Source of the DNA: Pseudomonadota bacterium
GTDB lineage: Bacteria > CALINM01
DNA length: 53,443 nt
Direction: 5' to 3'
NCBI GenBank assembly: GCA_026415985.1
Contig: JAOAGA010000003.1
Location: forward strand, 1-53,443
The notes under the pieces were generated by a model. It was not told where the DNA came from and did not search any database. It saw only the letters and a program-made list of their open reading frames with translations. Shown here in pieces: positions 41,202 to 52,594 of the stretch (positions are counted from its first letter, which is position 1; the number at the start of each line of letters is the position of its first letter). The position numbers and the translations under genes were made by a program.

Positions 41202-42062
41202 ATGCTTAGTAAAGTTCTTATAGCAACCGATCTTTCAGGAACATCCTATAACATGGTTCAATCTCTTAAAGAGTTGAAAAAATTTAATGTTTCCAATCTA
41301 ATTCTTACCCATGTTATTGATTTAAAATATTCTGCCATTGTACCTACGGAGCTTAAGGATGAGTCCCTTATGCTATTAAACAAAGAGGCGGAGATATTAA
41401 CCAATGAGGGTTTTAATGTAACGGTCGATTTAAGGGTAGGTACCTGCTGGAAAGAGATATTGGATTCCGCTAAAGACAACAAAGCTTCAATGGTCATAAT
41501 CGGTTCCCATGGAAAAAGCATAGCGAAAGAGATTGTTTTAGGTAGTGTTACATCGGAACTCATAGAAAACGCTAATCTGCCCGTTCTTGTTCTTAAGATG
41601 AGTGATTTTGATACAGAGAAAAAGGCAAGATTCACCTCCATAAAAATATCTCATCTTTTTGATAATGTTCTTTTTGCTACAGACTTTTCATCGGAAACAG
41701 GGGGGGCAAAAAAGTTCCTCAAGGACAATAAAAATTTCATAAAAGAGCTTACCATCGCCTATGTTCAGGAACCTATTATACTTGAACAACCCATCGAGTT
41801 TGATATAACAGAGTTGGATGCAATAGCTCTGAAAAGACTTGAAGACATTGAAAAAGAGATAGAAATAACATCAAAAAGGGAGTTACTGCACGGACTTCCT
41901 TCCTTAGAGATTACAGACTTGATAAATAATGGTAATTTTTCCCTTGTTGTTATGGGGACCCGTGGGTTAGGACTGGCTTCCCGGCTTCTTTTGGGAAGTA
42001 CATCCCGATATGTAATCAGACATTCAAAAACACCTATACTGATTGTTCCCCAGACAAAATAA
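41202..42062 (+). CDS. tandem universal stress protein
   Basis: Two USP domains: ATDLS/ATDFS, GSHG...LGSV, GTRG...LGST, PVLV/PILIV. Confidence 0.92.
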   Translation: MLSKVLIATDLSGTSYNMVQSLKELKKFNVSNLILTHVIDLKYSAIVPTELKDESLMLLNKEAEILTNEGFNVTVDLRVGTCWKEILDSAKDNKASMVIIGSHGKSIAKEIVLGSVTSELIENANLPVLVLKMSDFDTEKKARFTSIKISHLFDNVLFATDFSSETGGAKKFLKDNKNFIKELTIAYVQEPIILEQPIEFDITELDAIALKRLEDIEKEIEITSKRELLHGLPSLEITDLINNGNFSLVVMGTRGLGLASRLLLGSTSRYVIRHSKTPILIVPQTK

Positions 42063-42075
42063 GAAGGAGATATAG

Positions 42076-42513
42076 ATGCTTAAATGTGAAAGTTGCGGTG
42101 CCTTACTTAAGCCTAAAAACCCCTTTTTAACCGTTGATATAATAATAGAAGTGGAAGACGGAGTTGTACTTATTGAGAGGAAAAATGAGCCCTATGGATG
42201 GGCTATACCCGGTGGTTTTGTTGATTACGGTGAGACCGTGGAAACGTCGGCAAAAAGAGAGGCTAAAGAGGAGACTAATCTGGATATAGCCAATCTTTTT
42301 TTGTTTGGCGTTTATTCGGATCCTAAAAGAGACCCCCGATTTCATACCGTATCTGTGGTTTTTGTAGCTACTGCCAGAGGTGACCAGCTCATTGCAGGAG
42401 ACGATGCGAAAAATGCTAAAATTTTTAAAGAGAATGAGCTACCAGAAAATATAGTCTTCGACCATAAAAAGATATTGAAGGATTATTTCAGGTGGAAGAG
42501 GTCATGGATATGA
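42076..42513 (+). CDS. NUDIX hydrolase
   Basis: Nudix box [23 protein letters not shown]; RDPR; AGDDA. Confidence 0.92.
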   Translation: MLKCESCGALLKPKNPFLTVDIIIEVEDGVVLIERKNEPYGWAIPGGFVDYGETVETSAKREAKEETNLDIANLFLFGVYSDPKRDPRFHTVSVVFVATARGDQLIAGDDAKNAKIFKENELPENIVFDHKKILKDYFRWKRSWI

Positions 42514-42520
42514 CCTTTTA

Positions 42521-43171
42521 TTAAAGCCTTGTAAGTTTTATAATTCCATCGTTTGTTCCAAGAAGGAGTAATATATCGTCTTCTTTTATCTTGTCTTCTC
42601 CTGAGGGGTTTATGATAAGGTCATTGCCTCTTCTGATAGCTAAAATATTAACATTAAAGCTTTTTCTGAGCTGAAGTTCCTTTAATGACTTATCTACAAA
42701 AGATTTCGGGGTGTTTATCTCAAAAATTCCGTGTTTTGGTGTCAGGGGTATCTCTTCAAGTACATTTTTCATAAGCAAGGAGTGGGAGACTCTTATTGCC
42801 ATATCTCTTTCAGGATAGACAACCCTTGTAACACCAATTTTTTCGAGAAGTTTTCCGTGTAATGGTGTTACCGCCTTTGCAATGATATTTTTTATGCCCA
42901 AATCAATAAGAACCATAACTACTATAAGGTTTGCTTCCACATTCTGACCAATACTAACAATTGCAACATCAACGTTTGCTATCCCTGCCTCTTTCATCGC
43001 CTTTTCATCCATCGCATCAAGGATATAAGTTTGAGTTACAAAATCTGAAAGTTCACGAACATTCTCTTCTTCTCTGTCGATGGCTATTACTTCTGCACCA
43101 AGCTCAGCTAATGTCTTGGCTACATGAAAGCCAAATCTTCCCAATCCTATTACTGCAAATGTTTTTTTCAT
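42521..43171 (-). CDS. ktrA: Ktr/Trk K+ uptake NAD-binding subunit
   Basis: VIGLGRFG, PERDMA, TrkA-C domain. Confidence 0.88.
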   Translation of the reverse strand: MKKTFAVIGLGRFGFHVAKTLAELGAEVIAIDREEENVRELSDFVTQTYILDAMDEKAMKEAGIANVDVAIVSIGQNVEANLIVVMVLIDLGIKNIIAKAVTPLHGKLLEKIGVTRVVYPERDMAIRVSHSLLMKNVLEEIPLTPKHGIFEINTPKSFVDKSLKELQLRKSFNVNILAIRRGNDLIINPSGEDKIKEDDILLLLGTNDGIIKLTRL

Positions 43172-44523
43172 ATCAGTATCCTCGCTTCTGGATATTTAAT
43201 TCTTGCCTCTTTTGGCTTTTTTGACAAAGCAATTACAAAGCTTATCAGCCCTATCTTTCCGATAAACATCGTTGCCATTATAATAATTTTACCAAGAACG
43301 GTAAAGTTTGCCGATAAACTCAAAACATCGCCATTTCCGACAGAAAGACCAACCGTTGAAAAGGCAGAGATTACCTCGAAGAGGGAACGAGTAAAGGTAA
43401 CATTTTCAAGTTTGCTAATAAAAATTGCGACAAAGGTAATGTAAAGAAAAGAAAAACTAAAGATAACAAGAGCTTTATATACCTGTTCAACGTTTATCTT
43501 CCTGAAATTGAAGTTAACGGTATTGCTTCCTTTTACATAGTTTACTATTGCCAGGAAAATTACTGTTATAGTTGTAGTTTTTATACCACCGCCTGTTGAG
43601 CCCGGCGATGCACCGACAAACATAAGTGCAGACATAATACTTAGTGTTGCATCGGTAAAACCAGACAAATCTACTGTATTAAAACCAGCAGTTCTTGTGG
43701 AGATACTATGGAACAGGGCGGAAATTATTCTGTCGATCCAGTTATATTTCCATAAACCGGAGTTATTGGAATATTCAAAGATGATAATAAGCATAGCACC
43801 AAAAAAAATTAGGTATAGAGAAGAAAAGCAGGCAATAAGAGAATGATTTGATATCCTTTTAACCTCTTTTCTTAAAAAGAGATAAAAGTCATTTATAACA
43901 AAAAACCCAAGCCCGCCTATTATTATTAAAGAGGCTATGGTGACATTAACTATCAGGTTATGTTGATAGTCCAACAGATTATTGGGAAAAAGAGAAAATC
44001 CCGCATTGTTAAAGGCAGAAATAGAATGAAAAATACTGAGCTTGATTGCGGAAAATATGTTATTGCCCCTTAAAAAACCAAAAAAAAGAATTATTGCCCC
44101 TAACATCTCGATAATTATTACAAATAAAAAAACCCTTGTCAGGAACCTAATCAAACCACCCGCTCCGGGATAGTTGAGAGATTCTGCAAGAATAAGTCTG
44201 TCTTTAAAACTTATCTTCTGTCTGAAGGTTAGAAGAAAGAAGGTGGTAAAGGTCATATATCCTAAACCGCCTATATGTATGAGCAAAAGGATAATAAACT
44301 TACCGAAGGGAGTAAAATCCTTTGGAGTATTCAGAACAATTAAGCCCGTATCAGTTATAGCGGATACAGTTGTAAATAATGCGTCTAAGTAATTGATGGG
44401 TTTAGTTGTTGAAATCGGCAGGAATAAAATAACGGAACCCAAAAAGATAATTAAAAGATAGGATAATAAAATAATCCTTGGTGGTGAAGAAAATATATCA
44501 TCGATGAATTTTTTTATTACCAT
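43168..44523 (-). CDS. ktrB: Ktr/Trk K+ uptake membrane subunit
   Basis: SAITDTGL, SAFNNAGF, RTAGF, STGGGIK, SAFSTVGLS pore repeats. Confidence 0.9.
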   Translation of the reverse strand: MVIKKFIDDIFSSPPRIILLSYLLIIFLGSVILFLPISTTKPINYLDALFTTVSAITDTGLIVLNTPKDFTPFGKFIILLLIHIGGLGYMTFTTFFLLTFRQKISFKDRLILAESLNYPGAGGLIRFLTRVFLFVIIIEMLGAIILFFGFLRGNNIFSAIKLSIFHSISAFNNAGFSLFPNNLLDYQHNLIVNVTIASLIIIGGLGFFVINDFYLFLRKEVKRISNHSLIACFSSLYLIFFGAMLIIIFEYSNNSGLWKYNWIDRIISALFHSISTRTAGFNTVDLSGFTDATLSIMSALMFVGASPGSTGGGIKTTTITVIFLAIVNYVKGSNTVNFNFRKINVEQVYKALVIFSFSFLYITFVAIFISKLENVTFTRSLFEVISAFSTVGLSVGNGDVLSLSANFTVLGKIIIMATMFIGKIGLISFVIALSKKPKEARIKYPEARILI

Positions 44524-44601
44524 AGCATTTTATTTTAAAACCTTTAAGTTTTTTTGCAACCGTTAATTGAAAAAAAGATAAAAATATGACAGTATAAAGA
44601 T

Positions 44602-45504
44602 ATGAAAAATATCGTTGAAGGATCTGACATAGTTAAAAATTATGGCTCCTTTCCTGCGCTGAGGGGGATAAACTTTTTTGTAAAAGAAGGAGAGATTGTA
44701 GCTTTTTTAGGGCCTAATGGTGCAGGAAAAACTACGTTGATTAAACTAATCACCTGCACCTCAAAGATAACAAGTGGCAGGCTTTCGGTTTTTGGCAAAG
44801 ATATATCAGGTAATGAAAGATTTATAAAATCCATGATAGGAGTTGTTCCACAGGATAACAATTTAGATCCCGATTTTACCGTTGAAGAGAATCTCTTTGT
44901 TTACTCAAGATATTTTTTCATGAAAAAAAATTACGCAAGAAAGATCATCGATGATTTATTAAGTTTTGTCAGTCTCAGTGATAAAAAAGATGTTAATGTT
45001 CAGGATTTATCTGGTGGGATGAAAAGGAGACTGATTATTGCAAGAAGTTTAATAAATGATCCTCAGTTAGTTATTCTTGATGAGCCGACAACAGGTCTCG
45101 ATCCTCAGGCAAGAAGACATATATGGGAGAAAATTATTGAGCTTAAGAGGATGGGAAAGACAGTAATACTTACAACCCATTATATGGAAGAGGCAGAAAG
45201 TCTTTGTGATAGAGTATATATAATGGATTTGGGAAAGATAATTCTTGAAGGAAGTCCAAAGAACCTTATAGAAAACTATTTGGGAGAAGAAACAGTTGAG
45301 ATTTTTAACTGTGAGGAGAGACTGATATCTTCTTTTCCCGGGAAGAAGACCTTTTTTAAAGACAGGGTCTACATACATCACAAAGACAAAAGGGAGATAT
45401 TAGAAAGGCTTATGGCACTTTGTAACGATGCACAATTTGTTGTAAGGCCGTCAAACTTAGAAGACCTCTTTATATATCTGACCGGAAAGGAACTAAAAGA
45501 GTAA
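44602..45504 (+). CDS. ABC-2 exporter ATP-binding protein (NodI-like)
   Basis: GPNGAGKT, VPQDNNLD, LSGGMKRRL, LDEPTTGLDPQAR. Confidence 0.9.
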   Translation: MKNIVEGSDIVKNYGSFPALRGINFFVKEGEIVAFLGPNGAGKTTLIKLITCTSKITSGRLSVFGKDISGNERFIKSMIGVVPQDNNLDPDFTVEENLFVYSRYFFMKKNYARKIIDDLLSFVSLSDKKDVNVQDLSGGMKRRLIIARSLINDPQLVILDEPTTGLDPQARRHIWEKIIELKRMGKTVILTTHYMEEAESLCDRVYIMDLGKIILEGSPKNLIENYLGEETVEIFNCEERLISSFPGKKTFFKDRVYIHHKDKREILERLMALCNDAQFVVRPSNLEDLFIYLTGKELKE

Positions 45505-46262
45505 TGCTTAGATTTGGTTTTATACCTGTTTGGAAAAGAAACAGAGATGTCTTTATTAAACTTTTTTGGGTAAATTTTTTATTACCGCTTTTAGAACCGG
45601 TCTTTTATATCTTTGCCTTCGGATATGGATTAGGTGCCTTTGTGAGAGAGATAAACGGTTTTCCATATAAAGTGTTTATTACCCCTGCGATTATTTCTAT
45701 GGCGGTCTTAAACTCATCGTTTTTTTATACCACCTATTCGAGTTTTGTTAAGATGATATTCCAAAAAACATTCGATGCAATTATAGTAACACCTGTAAGT
45801 ATTGAAGATGTAGTGATAGGTGAAATTTTATGGGGGACAACAAGAGGTATTGTTAGTGGATTGATTGTAATGACACTATTTCTTATACTTGGTCTTATAA
45901 AGGTATTTCACTTTTTGGTATTTCTGCCTGTAATATTGGTTTTAAGCTTTACCTTCTCAAGTTTAGGTATGTTTTTTACCGCTACTGTAAAAAATATAGA
46001 ATCTTTTAATTTCCCTATTTTCCTATATTTCACTCCAATGATGTTTTTCTCGGGAACATTTTTTCCTTTGAGTAATATCGATGAGAAGGTAGTTTTTACT
46101 AGCAAAATTATTTTTCCTTTGTCCTTCAGTGTAGATGCTTTAAGAAGTAGTTACCTCGACTTTACCCTTGCTAAACTATTTTTGGGTTTTGTTCCTGTAA
46201 TACATGGTTTAGTGTTTTTCCTAATGTCAATAAAAATTATGTCTAAAAAACTGATAAAATAG
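45504..46262 (+). CDS. ABC-2 exporter permease (NodJ-like)
   Basis: LEPVFYI.AFGYGLG, GEILW, FSGTFFP. Confidence 0.88.
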   Translation: MLRFGFIPVWKRNRDVFIKLFWVNFLLPLLEPVFYIFAFGYGLGAFVREINGFPYKVFITPAIISMAVLNSSFFYTTYSSFVKMIFQKTFDAIIVTPVSIEDVVIGEILWGTTRGIVSGLIVMTLFLILGLIKVFHFLVFLPVILVLSFTFSSLGMFFTATVKNIESFNFPIFLYFTPMMFFSGTFFPLSNIDEKVVFTSKIIFPLSFSVDALRSSYLDFTLAKLFLGFVPVIHGLVFFLMSIKIMSKKLIK

Positions 46263-46270
46263 GGGGATTA

Positions 46271-46972
46271 GTGAATATTTCTGATGATTTGAGAAAAACC
46301 TTATTGTTTTCAGGGCTTTCAGAGGAGGATCTGAAAGAAATTGCTAAGATAGTGATAGTTAAAGAGTATCCAAAAAAATCTATTATCTTTTCTGAAGGAG
46401 ATGAGGCAAAAGGTTTCTACATTCTCCTGTCGGGGATGGTTAAGATTTATAGAATTTCCACCGATAGCAGAGAACAAATCTTACATATTATCAACCCCGG
46501 AGAAACCTTTGCTGAAGCGGCTATTTTCATAGGAAAAAACTATCCTGCCTTTGCGGAGACCATACTGGATAGCAGGTTAGCCTATATTGACAAAAAAATT
46601 TTTTTAAAGACCCTTGAAAAAAACTCCAAGATAGCATTAAATCTGATAATAAGTTTATCGATGCTTTTAAAGAAGGTAGTTGATCTTGTTGACAATGTCT
46701 CTCTTAAAAATGTCGATGCCCGACTGGCAGAGTTCCTCATAGAGGAAGCCATAAGAAAAGGTAAAAAGATTGACGATTATATAGAGATTGAGCTAAATAT
46801 TACAAAGACTGAACTTGCCAAGAAGTTAGGGACAGTAAACGAGACCCTCTCAAGATCTTTAAGAAAGTTAAGAGAAAAAGGGATAATTGATGCTGAAAAA
46901 AATAAGGTTTACATCTTCGAGCTTGAGAAACTTCAGGAGATAAAAACCTTAGGAAGTCTTAGGATTGATTAA
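46271..46972 (+). CDS. Crp/Fnr-family regulator (no Cys cluster; Dnr/HcpR-like)
   Basis: LFSGLS, IFSEGD, GETFAE, HTH LGTVNETLSR; no cysteines. Confidence 0.88.
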   Translation: MNISDDLRKTLLFSGLSEEDLKEIAKIVIVKEYPKKSIIFSEGDEAKGFYILLSGMVKIYRISTDSREQILHIINPGETFAEAAIFIGKNYPAFAETILDSRLAYIDKKIFLKTLEKNSKIALNLIISLSMLLKKVVDLVDNVSLKNVDARLAEFLIEEAIRKGKKIDDYIEIELNITKTELAKKLGTVNETLSRSLRKLREKGIIDAEKNKVYIFELEKLQEIKTLGSLRID

Positions 46973-47022
46973 ACAATAATTTTCTTTGACAGAATTTAAA
47001 GTAAGTTTAATAATAAATAAAA

Positions 47023-47094
47023 GGGCGATTAACTCAGAGGGAGAGTGCTACCTTCACACGGTAGAAGTCACTGGTTCGAATCCAGTATCGCCCA
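47023..47094 (+). tRNA. tRNA-Val (CAC), CCA not encoded
   Basis: Acceptor gggcgat/atcgccc, anticodon stem ctacc/ggtag with loop tt-CAC-ac, T loop GGTTCGAATCC; TTGACA upstream at 46986. Confidence 0.95.
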
Positions 47095-47099
47095 TTTAA

Positions 47100-47171
47100 A
47101 GCCATCGGGGGGATTTGAACCCCCGACCTGCTGATTACGAATCAGCTGCACTGCCACTGTGCTACGATGGC
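47100..47171 (-). tRNA. tRNA-Thr (CGT), CCA not encoded
   Basis: Reverse complement gccatcg...cgatggc-t, anticodon loop tt-CGT-aa, GGTTCAAATCC; TGnTATAAT at 47182-47190. Confidence 0.95.
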
Positions 47172-47235
47172 ATTGCTAAAAATTATATCATAAAACCTTT
47201 ATTTTTTAAATTTTTTATAAAAGGTTTCTAACAAT

Positions 47236-47267
47236 AAAAAAGCCGAAGGTTAAGCCTTCGGCTTTTT
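47236..47267 (-). terminator. intrinsic terminator of groESL (bidirectional form)
   Basis: aaaaaa-gccgaagg-ttaag-ccttcggc-ttttt. Confidence 0.9.
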
Positions 47268-47291
47268 CGTAACTGAATTGTTTTGCCGATA

Positions 47292-48908
<1,617 letters not shown>

Positions 48909-48942
48909 CTATCATTCCTCCTTTCAATTTTTTAATTTTTTT

Positions 48943-49239
48943 TTATTTTTTTTCGATAATACCAAGAATATCATCTTCTCTCATAATGAGATACTCTTCG
49001 CCATCAATCTTAATCTCATTGCCTGCATATTTACCGAATATTACGATGTCGCCGACCTTAACTTCCATAGGTATCTTCTGACCATTTTCGAGTATTCTTC
49101 CGTTACCTACCGCGATTACCTCTCCTTCCTGTGGTTTTTCTTTTGCGGTATCGGGTATTATAATACCGCTTTTTGTCTTTTCTTCTTCAGGTAGTCTTTT
49201 GACAATAATTCTGTCGTGTAGTGGTCTTACTTTGCTCAT
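48943..49239 (-). CDS. groS: co-chaperonin GroES
   Basis: [19 protein letters not shown]; start at ATG 49239 after a GAGGTG SD. Confidence 0.97.
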   Translation of the reverse strand: MSKVRPLHDRIIVKRLPEEEKTKSGIIIPDTAKEKPQEGEVIAVGNGRILENGQKIPMEVKVGDIVIFGKYAGNEIKIDGEEYLIMREDDILGIIEKK

Positions 49240-49274
49240 AGTGCACCTCTCCTTTCTATAGTTTTTTTTGTTTG

Positions 49275-49301
49275 TTAGCACTCAAAACTTTTAAGTGCTA
49301 A
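49275..49301. promoter_or_regulatory. CIRCE element (HrcA operator) of groESL
   Basis: TTAGCACTC-N9-AAGTGCTAA (1 mismatch to consensus), just downstream of a minus-strand TTGACA-17-TATCTT (49331-49303). Confidence 0.92.
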
Positions 49302-49352
49302 TAAGATAATTACTCTTTAGGTTTTTGTCAAGAGGGGGGATAAAAATTTTTT

Positions 49353-50687
49353 TTAATCTCTTAAATGTTCCTGAACTTCTATGTCTTGCCAGGTAGCACT
49401 TACAGTGCCGACAATAATAACTTTCTGATTAGTTTCTTCGTCAACAGGTTTTTGGGATAGATCATAAATTTTAGGTTTCTCCAGCTTGGTTCCGAATATG
49501 TCATAAATTACCTTGATTACCGGTTCATCGGGCGATGAAGGGTTGGGGCTTGATACTATAGCTGTTTCTCCTGTATTAAGTTTTACCAGAGTGCCCTGTG
49601 GATATATGCCAAGCATTTTTATAAAGGCCTTAAGATAGTTTGGTTCAAAACTAACCCCTGCCATTCTCGTCATAAACTCAAGGGCTTCTCTTGGCTCATG
49701 GCATCTTTGATATACCCTGTGGGTTGTCATGGCATCATAGCAGTCACAGATAGAAAGAATCATACTTGCGGGATGGAGTTTATATTCCTTTGTAACCTCC
49801 GGATAACCTGTTAGATTGTATTTCATATGATGCTCAAGGGCTACTCTTAATACAACCTCCGATACACCTTCCATTTTTTTCAGTGTTTCGTAACCAGTAA
49901 CGGGATGTTTTTTCATCTGCTCCCATTCTTCATCGGTTAGCTTATCTGGTTTTAAAACTATTTTAGGGTCAATGGAGACCTTTCCGATATCGTGAAGCAT
50001 TGCTGCAGTCCCCATCTCTCTTAACAGATCGGGCCTTATCTTTAATGTTTCCCCCAGTGCCAGTGAAAGTATTGTTACATTAACAGAGTGGTGAAAAAGA
50101 TAGTCATCATAGCTTTTTATAAGGCTTAAACCAATCATTGTCTGTTTATCTTTAAGGACCATATCAACCATTTTTCCGACAACGCTTTTTACCTCATCGG
50201 CCTTTGGAATTCTTCCCATCCTGACTTCGGAGATAACATTTTTTACCACATCTATCGCTTCTGTATAGACCTTTTCGGCAGTCTTTTTAATGTCCTCCGA
50301 TTCAATAGAATGAAAAACAATGTTTTCAGAGAACTCATCGGACAGAATCTCCTCTTTAATTAGGGCAACCTTAGTTACAAAATCTTCCCATTCCTTGAAA
50401 GTGATATTTTTTAAAATCTTCAGGTTGTCTTTGTTTTTAACCTTAAAGACATTCATTATATAATCCCACATATTTTCAGAGGGTAGGGGGATATTCTGGA
50501 CCCAGATTAGACCCTCAATTGATGATATATTCACTTCATCAGATTCTTTGAAAAAGTTTGACAGCATCTCGTAGGATCTTTTTATAGGTTGGGCTACATA
50601 AGGATGCCCCTTTGGATAAAAACTGAAGTTTTTCAGAGATGAGTTAAGTTGCTGAATAAAACTTTCGCATTCTTTTAAACTTGGCAT
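49353..50687 (-). CDS. HD-GYP cyclic dinucleotide phosphodiesterase
   Basis: HSVNV, LHDIGK, KPDKLT.EEW, HHMKYNLTGYP, DCYDAMTTHRVYQ. Confidence 0.88.
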   Translation of the reverse strand: MPSLKECESFIQQLNSSLKNFSFYPKGHPYVAQPIKRSYEMLSNFFKESDEVNISSIEGLIWVQNIPLPSENMWDYIMNVFKVKNKDNLKILKNITFKEWEDFVTKVALIKEEILSDEFSENIVFHSIESEDIKKTAEKVYTEAIDVVKNVISEVRMGRIPKADEVKSVVGKMVDMVLKDKQTMIGLSLIKSYDDYLFHHSVNVTILSLALGETLKIRPDLLREMGTAAMLHDIGKVSIDPKIVLKPDKLTDEEWEQMKKHPVTGYETLKKMEGVSEVVLRVALEHHMKYNLTGYPEVTKEYKLHPASMILSICDCYDAMTTHRVYQRCHEPREALEFMTRMAGVSFEPNYLKAFIKMLGIYPQGTLVKLNTGETAIVSSPNPSSPDEPVIKVIYDIFGTKLEKPKIYDLSQKPVDEETNQKVIIVGTVSATWQDIEVQEHLRD

Positions 50688-50688
50688 A

Positions 50689-52269
50689 TCAGATCCTTAT
50701 TTTTTGTAAGGCATCGAATGCCTTTTCTCTTATCTCAATATCAGAATCTCTTATGAGTTTCTCAAGAACTTTTTCCGTATCCTGTCCTTTAATCTCAGAA
50801 AGTCCTTCTATGGCATTCAGCCTTAATATCTTATTGTTTGCTTTGTTAAAAAAGGTCTTTTTTGTAGCATAATCCTTTAAAACTTCAAAAGCCACTTTAT
50901 TACCAATCCTGCCTATAGCCAGAAGGGCTTCTTTTTTTATCGATGGATTACTATTTATACTCAACTCGTTAATTATCTCAGGAAGAGAACCTTCATCTTT
51001 TAATATTCCTAATGAAAAAATTACTAACTGCTTTACATCATCTCCTTCCTTTTTTAACATCTCTCTAAGGTATTTAAGTGATTCCCTGCCCGGTATCCGG
51101 GCTAAAGTTTTGACCAATTCTTTTCTAACCCTAACATCAGGATGATCCATGAGCTTTTTAAGATCCTGAAGGTATTTTTCCTGCCCTGCAAACCCCAGAA
51201 TGGTGAGCATATTTCTGACTACAAACCATCTCTCGTCATCTAAGTAATATATAACCCTTTCAAAGGCTTTTTCACCTAATTTTGTTATCTCGTTAATTAT
51301 AAAACGCCTTTCTTTTATATCATTAGAAGATGTAAGCCTTTCCAAGATTACATCAACCGCATTAATTCCCAACACGGAAATAATAGTGTGAATCTTGTTT
51401 AGCAGTTCATCCTTTCCCTGATTCGTAATCATTATGTCAATGAGCCTTTTAATTTTTTTCGTGTTAAGTTTGTCTCTGACGAAGGCTTCCGCCTCTTTTC
51501 TGATACCGAAAACTACTGAAGTGTCTTTTGCATCAAGGGAAAGATGGTGAAAAATGTCTATGGTAAGTTTGTCATTTTCCTCGCTTCTGTTTACAATATT
51601 GTCAATATCTTTTAAATTTTCTATATAAAGGCCAGCATTATTATTTTTCTTGATGTCTGTAAGAGCCGTTTTAATTCTTTCCCATAACTCTTCGTCAGTT
51701 TCTTTCTTTTTTTCTGTCTTGCCTGCACCCTCAAAATTTTTATTTATAACATTCAGATTGAGGTCATCCAAACTAAAGACAGGCTTTTCAGATGTTTGAT
51801 TTTCTGAAGTAATTTCAACGCCTTTTTGTGATTTAATCTCCATATGTTTTGCAAATTGTCTTTCCGATAGGGCAATATTTTCTATATTTCTGCTATCAAT
51901 AATATTTTCAAGTCCTCCCGCTGAGAATATGGTGTTCATATCCATTGTAAGGATATTGAGAAAATCATATAACTCTTCTCCTGAGACCTTGCAGTTGAAA
52001 ATTATCCTGTTTACCCTCCTTAAAAAGAGGGTTTGAAGAAACTCTCTGATTAGCGGGTTTGTCAGCGTGACCTTTGTATTCCTGACAAGAAAGTGGTCTT
52101 TGGCAATCTCAATCTCCAATCTGTCTCCGGAGCATAGGGTACCTATATCACTGGCGATTTTATTAAGGGCCTTATTAAGGGATGGATGTCCTTCGGGATA
52201 GAAAGAAATTACTTTAACTGCTTTGGCAAGGTCAAGGATAATATTCTCGAAAATGGTTATATTAAACAT
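50689..52269 (-). CDS. HEAT-repeat protein
   Basis: DERWFVVRN, HPDVRVRKE and further HEAT-like repeats; N-terminal FYPEGHP domain. Confidence 0.82.
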   Translation of the reverse strand: MFNITIFENIILDLAKAVKVISFYPEGHPSLNKALNKIASDIGTLCSGDRLEIEIAKDHFLVRNTKVTLTNPLIREFLQTLFLRRVNRIIFNCKVSGEELYDFLNILTMDMNTIFSAGGLENIIDSRNIENIALSERQFAKHMEIKSQKGVEITSENQTSEKPVFSLDDLNLNVINKNFEGAGKTEKKKETDEELWERIKTALTDIKKNNNAGLYIENLKDIDNIVNRSEENDKLTIDIFHHLSLDAKDTSVVFGIRKEAEAFVRDKLNTKKIKRLIDIMITNQGKDELLNKIHTIISVLGINAVDVILERLTSSNDIKERRFIINEITKLGEKAFERVIYYLDDERWFVVRNMLTILGFAGQEKYLQDLKKLMDHPDVRVRKELVKTLARIPGRESLKYLREMLKKEGDDVKQLVIFSLGILKDEGSLPEIINELSINSNPSIKKEALLAIGRIGNKVAFEVLKDYATKKTFFNKANNKILRLNAIEGLSEIKGQDTEKVLEKLIRDSDIEIREKAFDALQKIRI

Positions 52270-52399
52270 AAATTATTAATTATTGAATTTAACAGAAAAA
52301 CTCAATAAGGTCAATTGTTTTAGTTACATAAAATTTTTATTGCCTTGAATGCATAATTTTTGTAAAATAAACTTTCTAAATTTTAATGAGAGGTGTGTT

Positions 52400-52594
52400 A
52401 TGTCAAGGAACTGTGAGATATGTGGTAAGGGACCTCAGGTTGGCAACAATGTCAGCCATGCAAATAACAAGACAAAAAGGATATTTTATCCAAATTTACA
52501 GAACGTAAAGGCGCTTCTGCCCGGCGGGCAGGTGAAAAAGATTAAGGTTTGCACAACCTGCATCAAATCAGGAAAAGTTAATAAGGCGGTTTAG
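52400..52594 (+). CDS. rpmB: 50S ribosomal protein L28 (Cys-containing form)
   Basis: [36 protein letters not shown]; GAGGTG SD. Confidence 0.96.
   Translation: MSRNCEICGKGPQVGNNVSHANNKTKRIFYPNLQNVKALLPGGQVKKIKVCTTCIKSGKVNKAV

Noticed and set aside
47023-47171. tRNAs as integration sites
   Set aside because: No duplicated tRNA 3' end or adjacent integrase was seen
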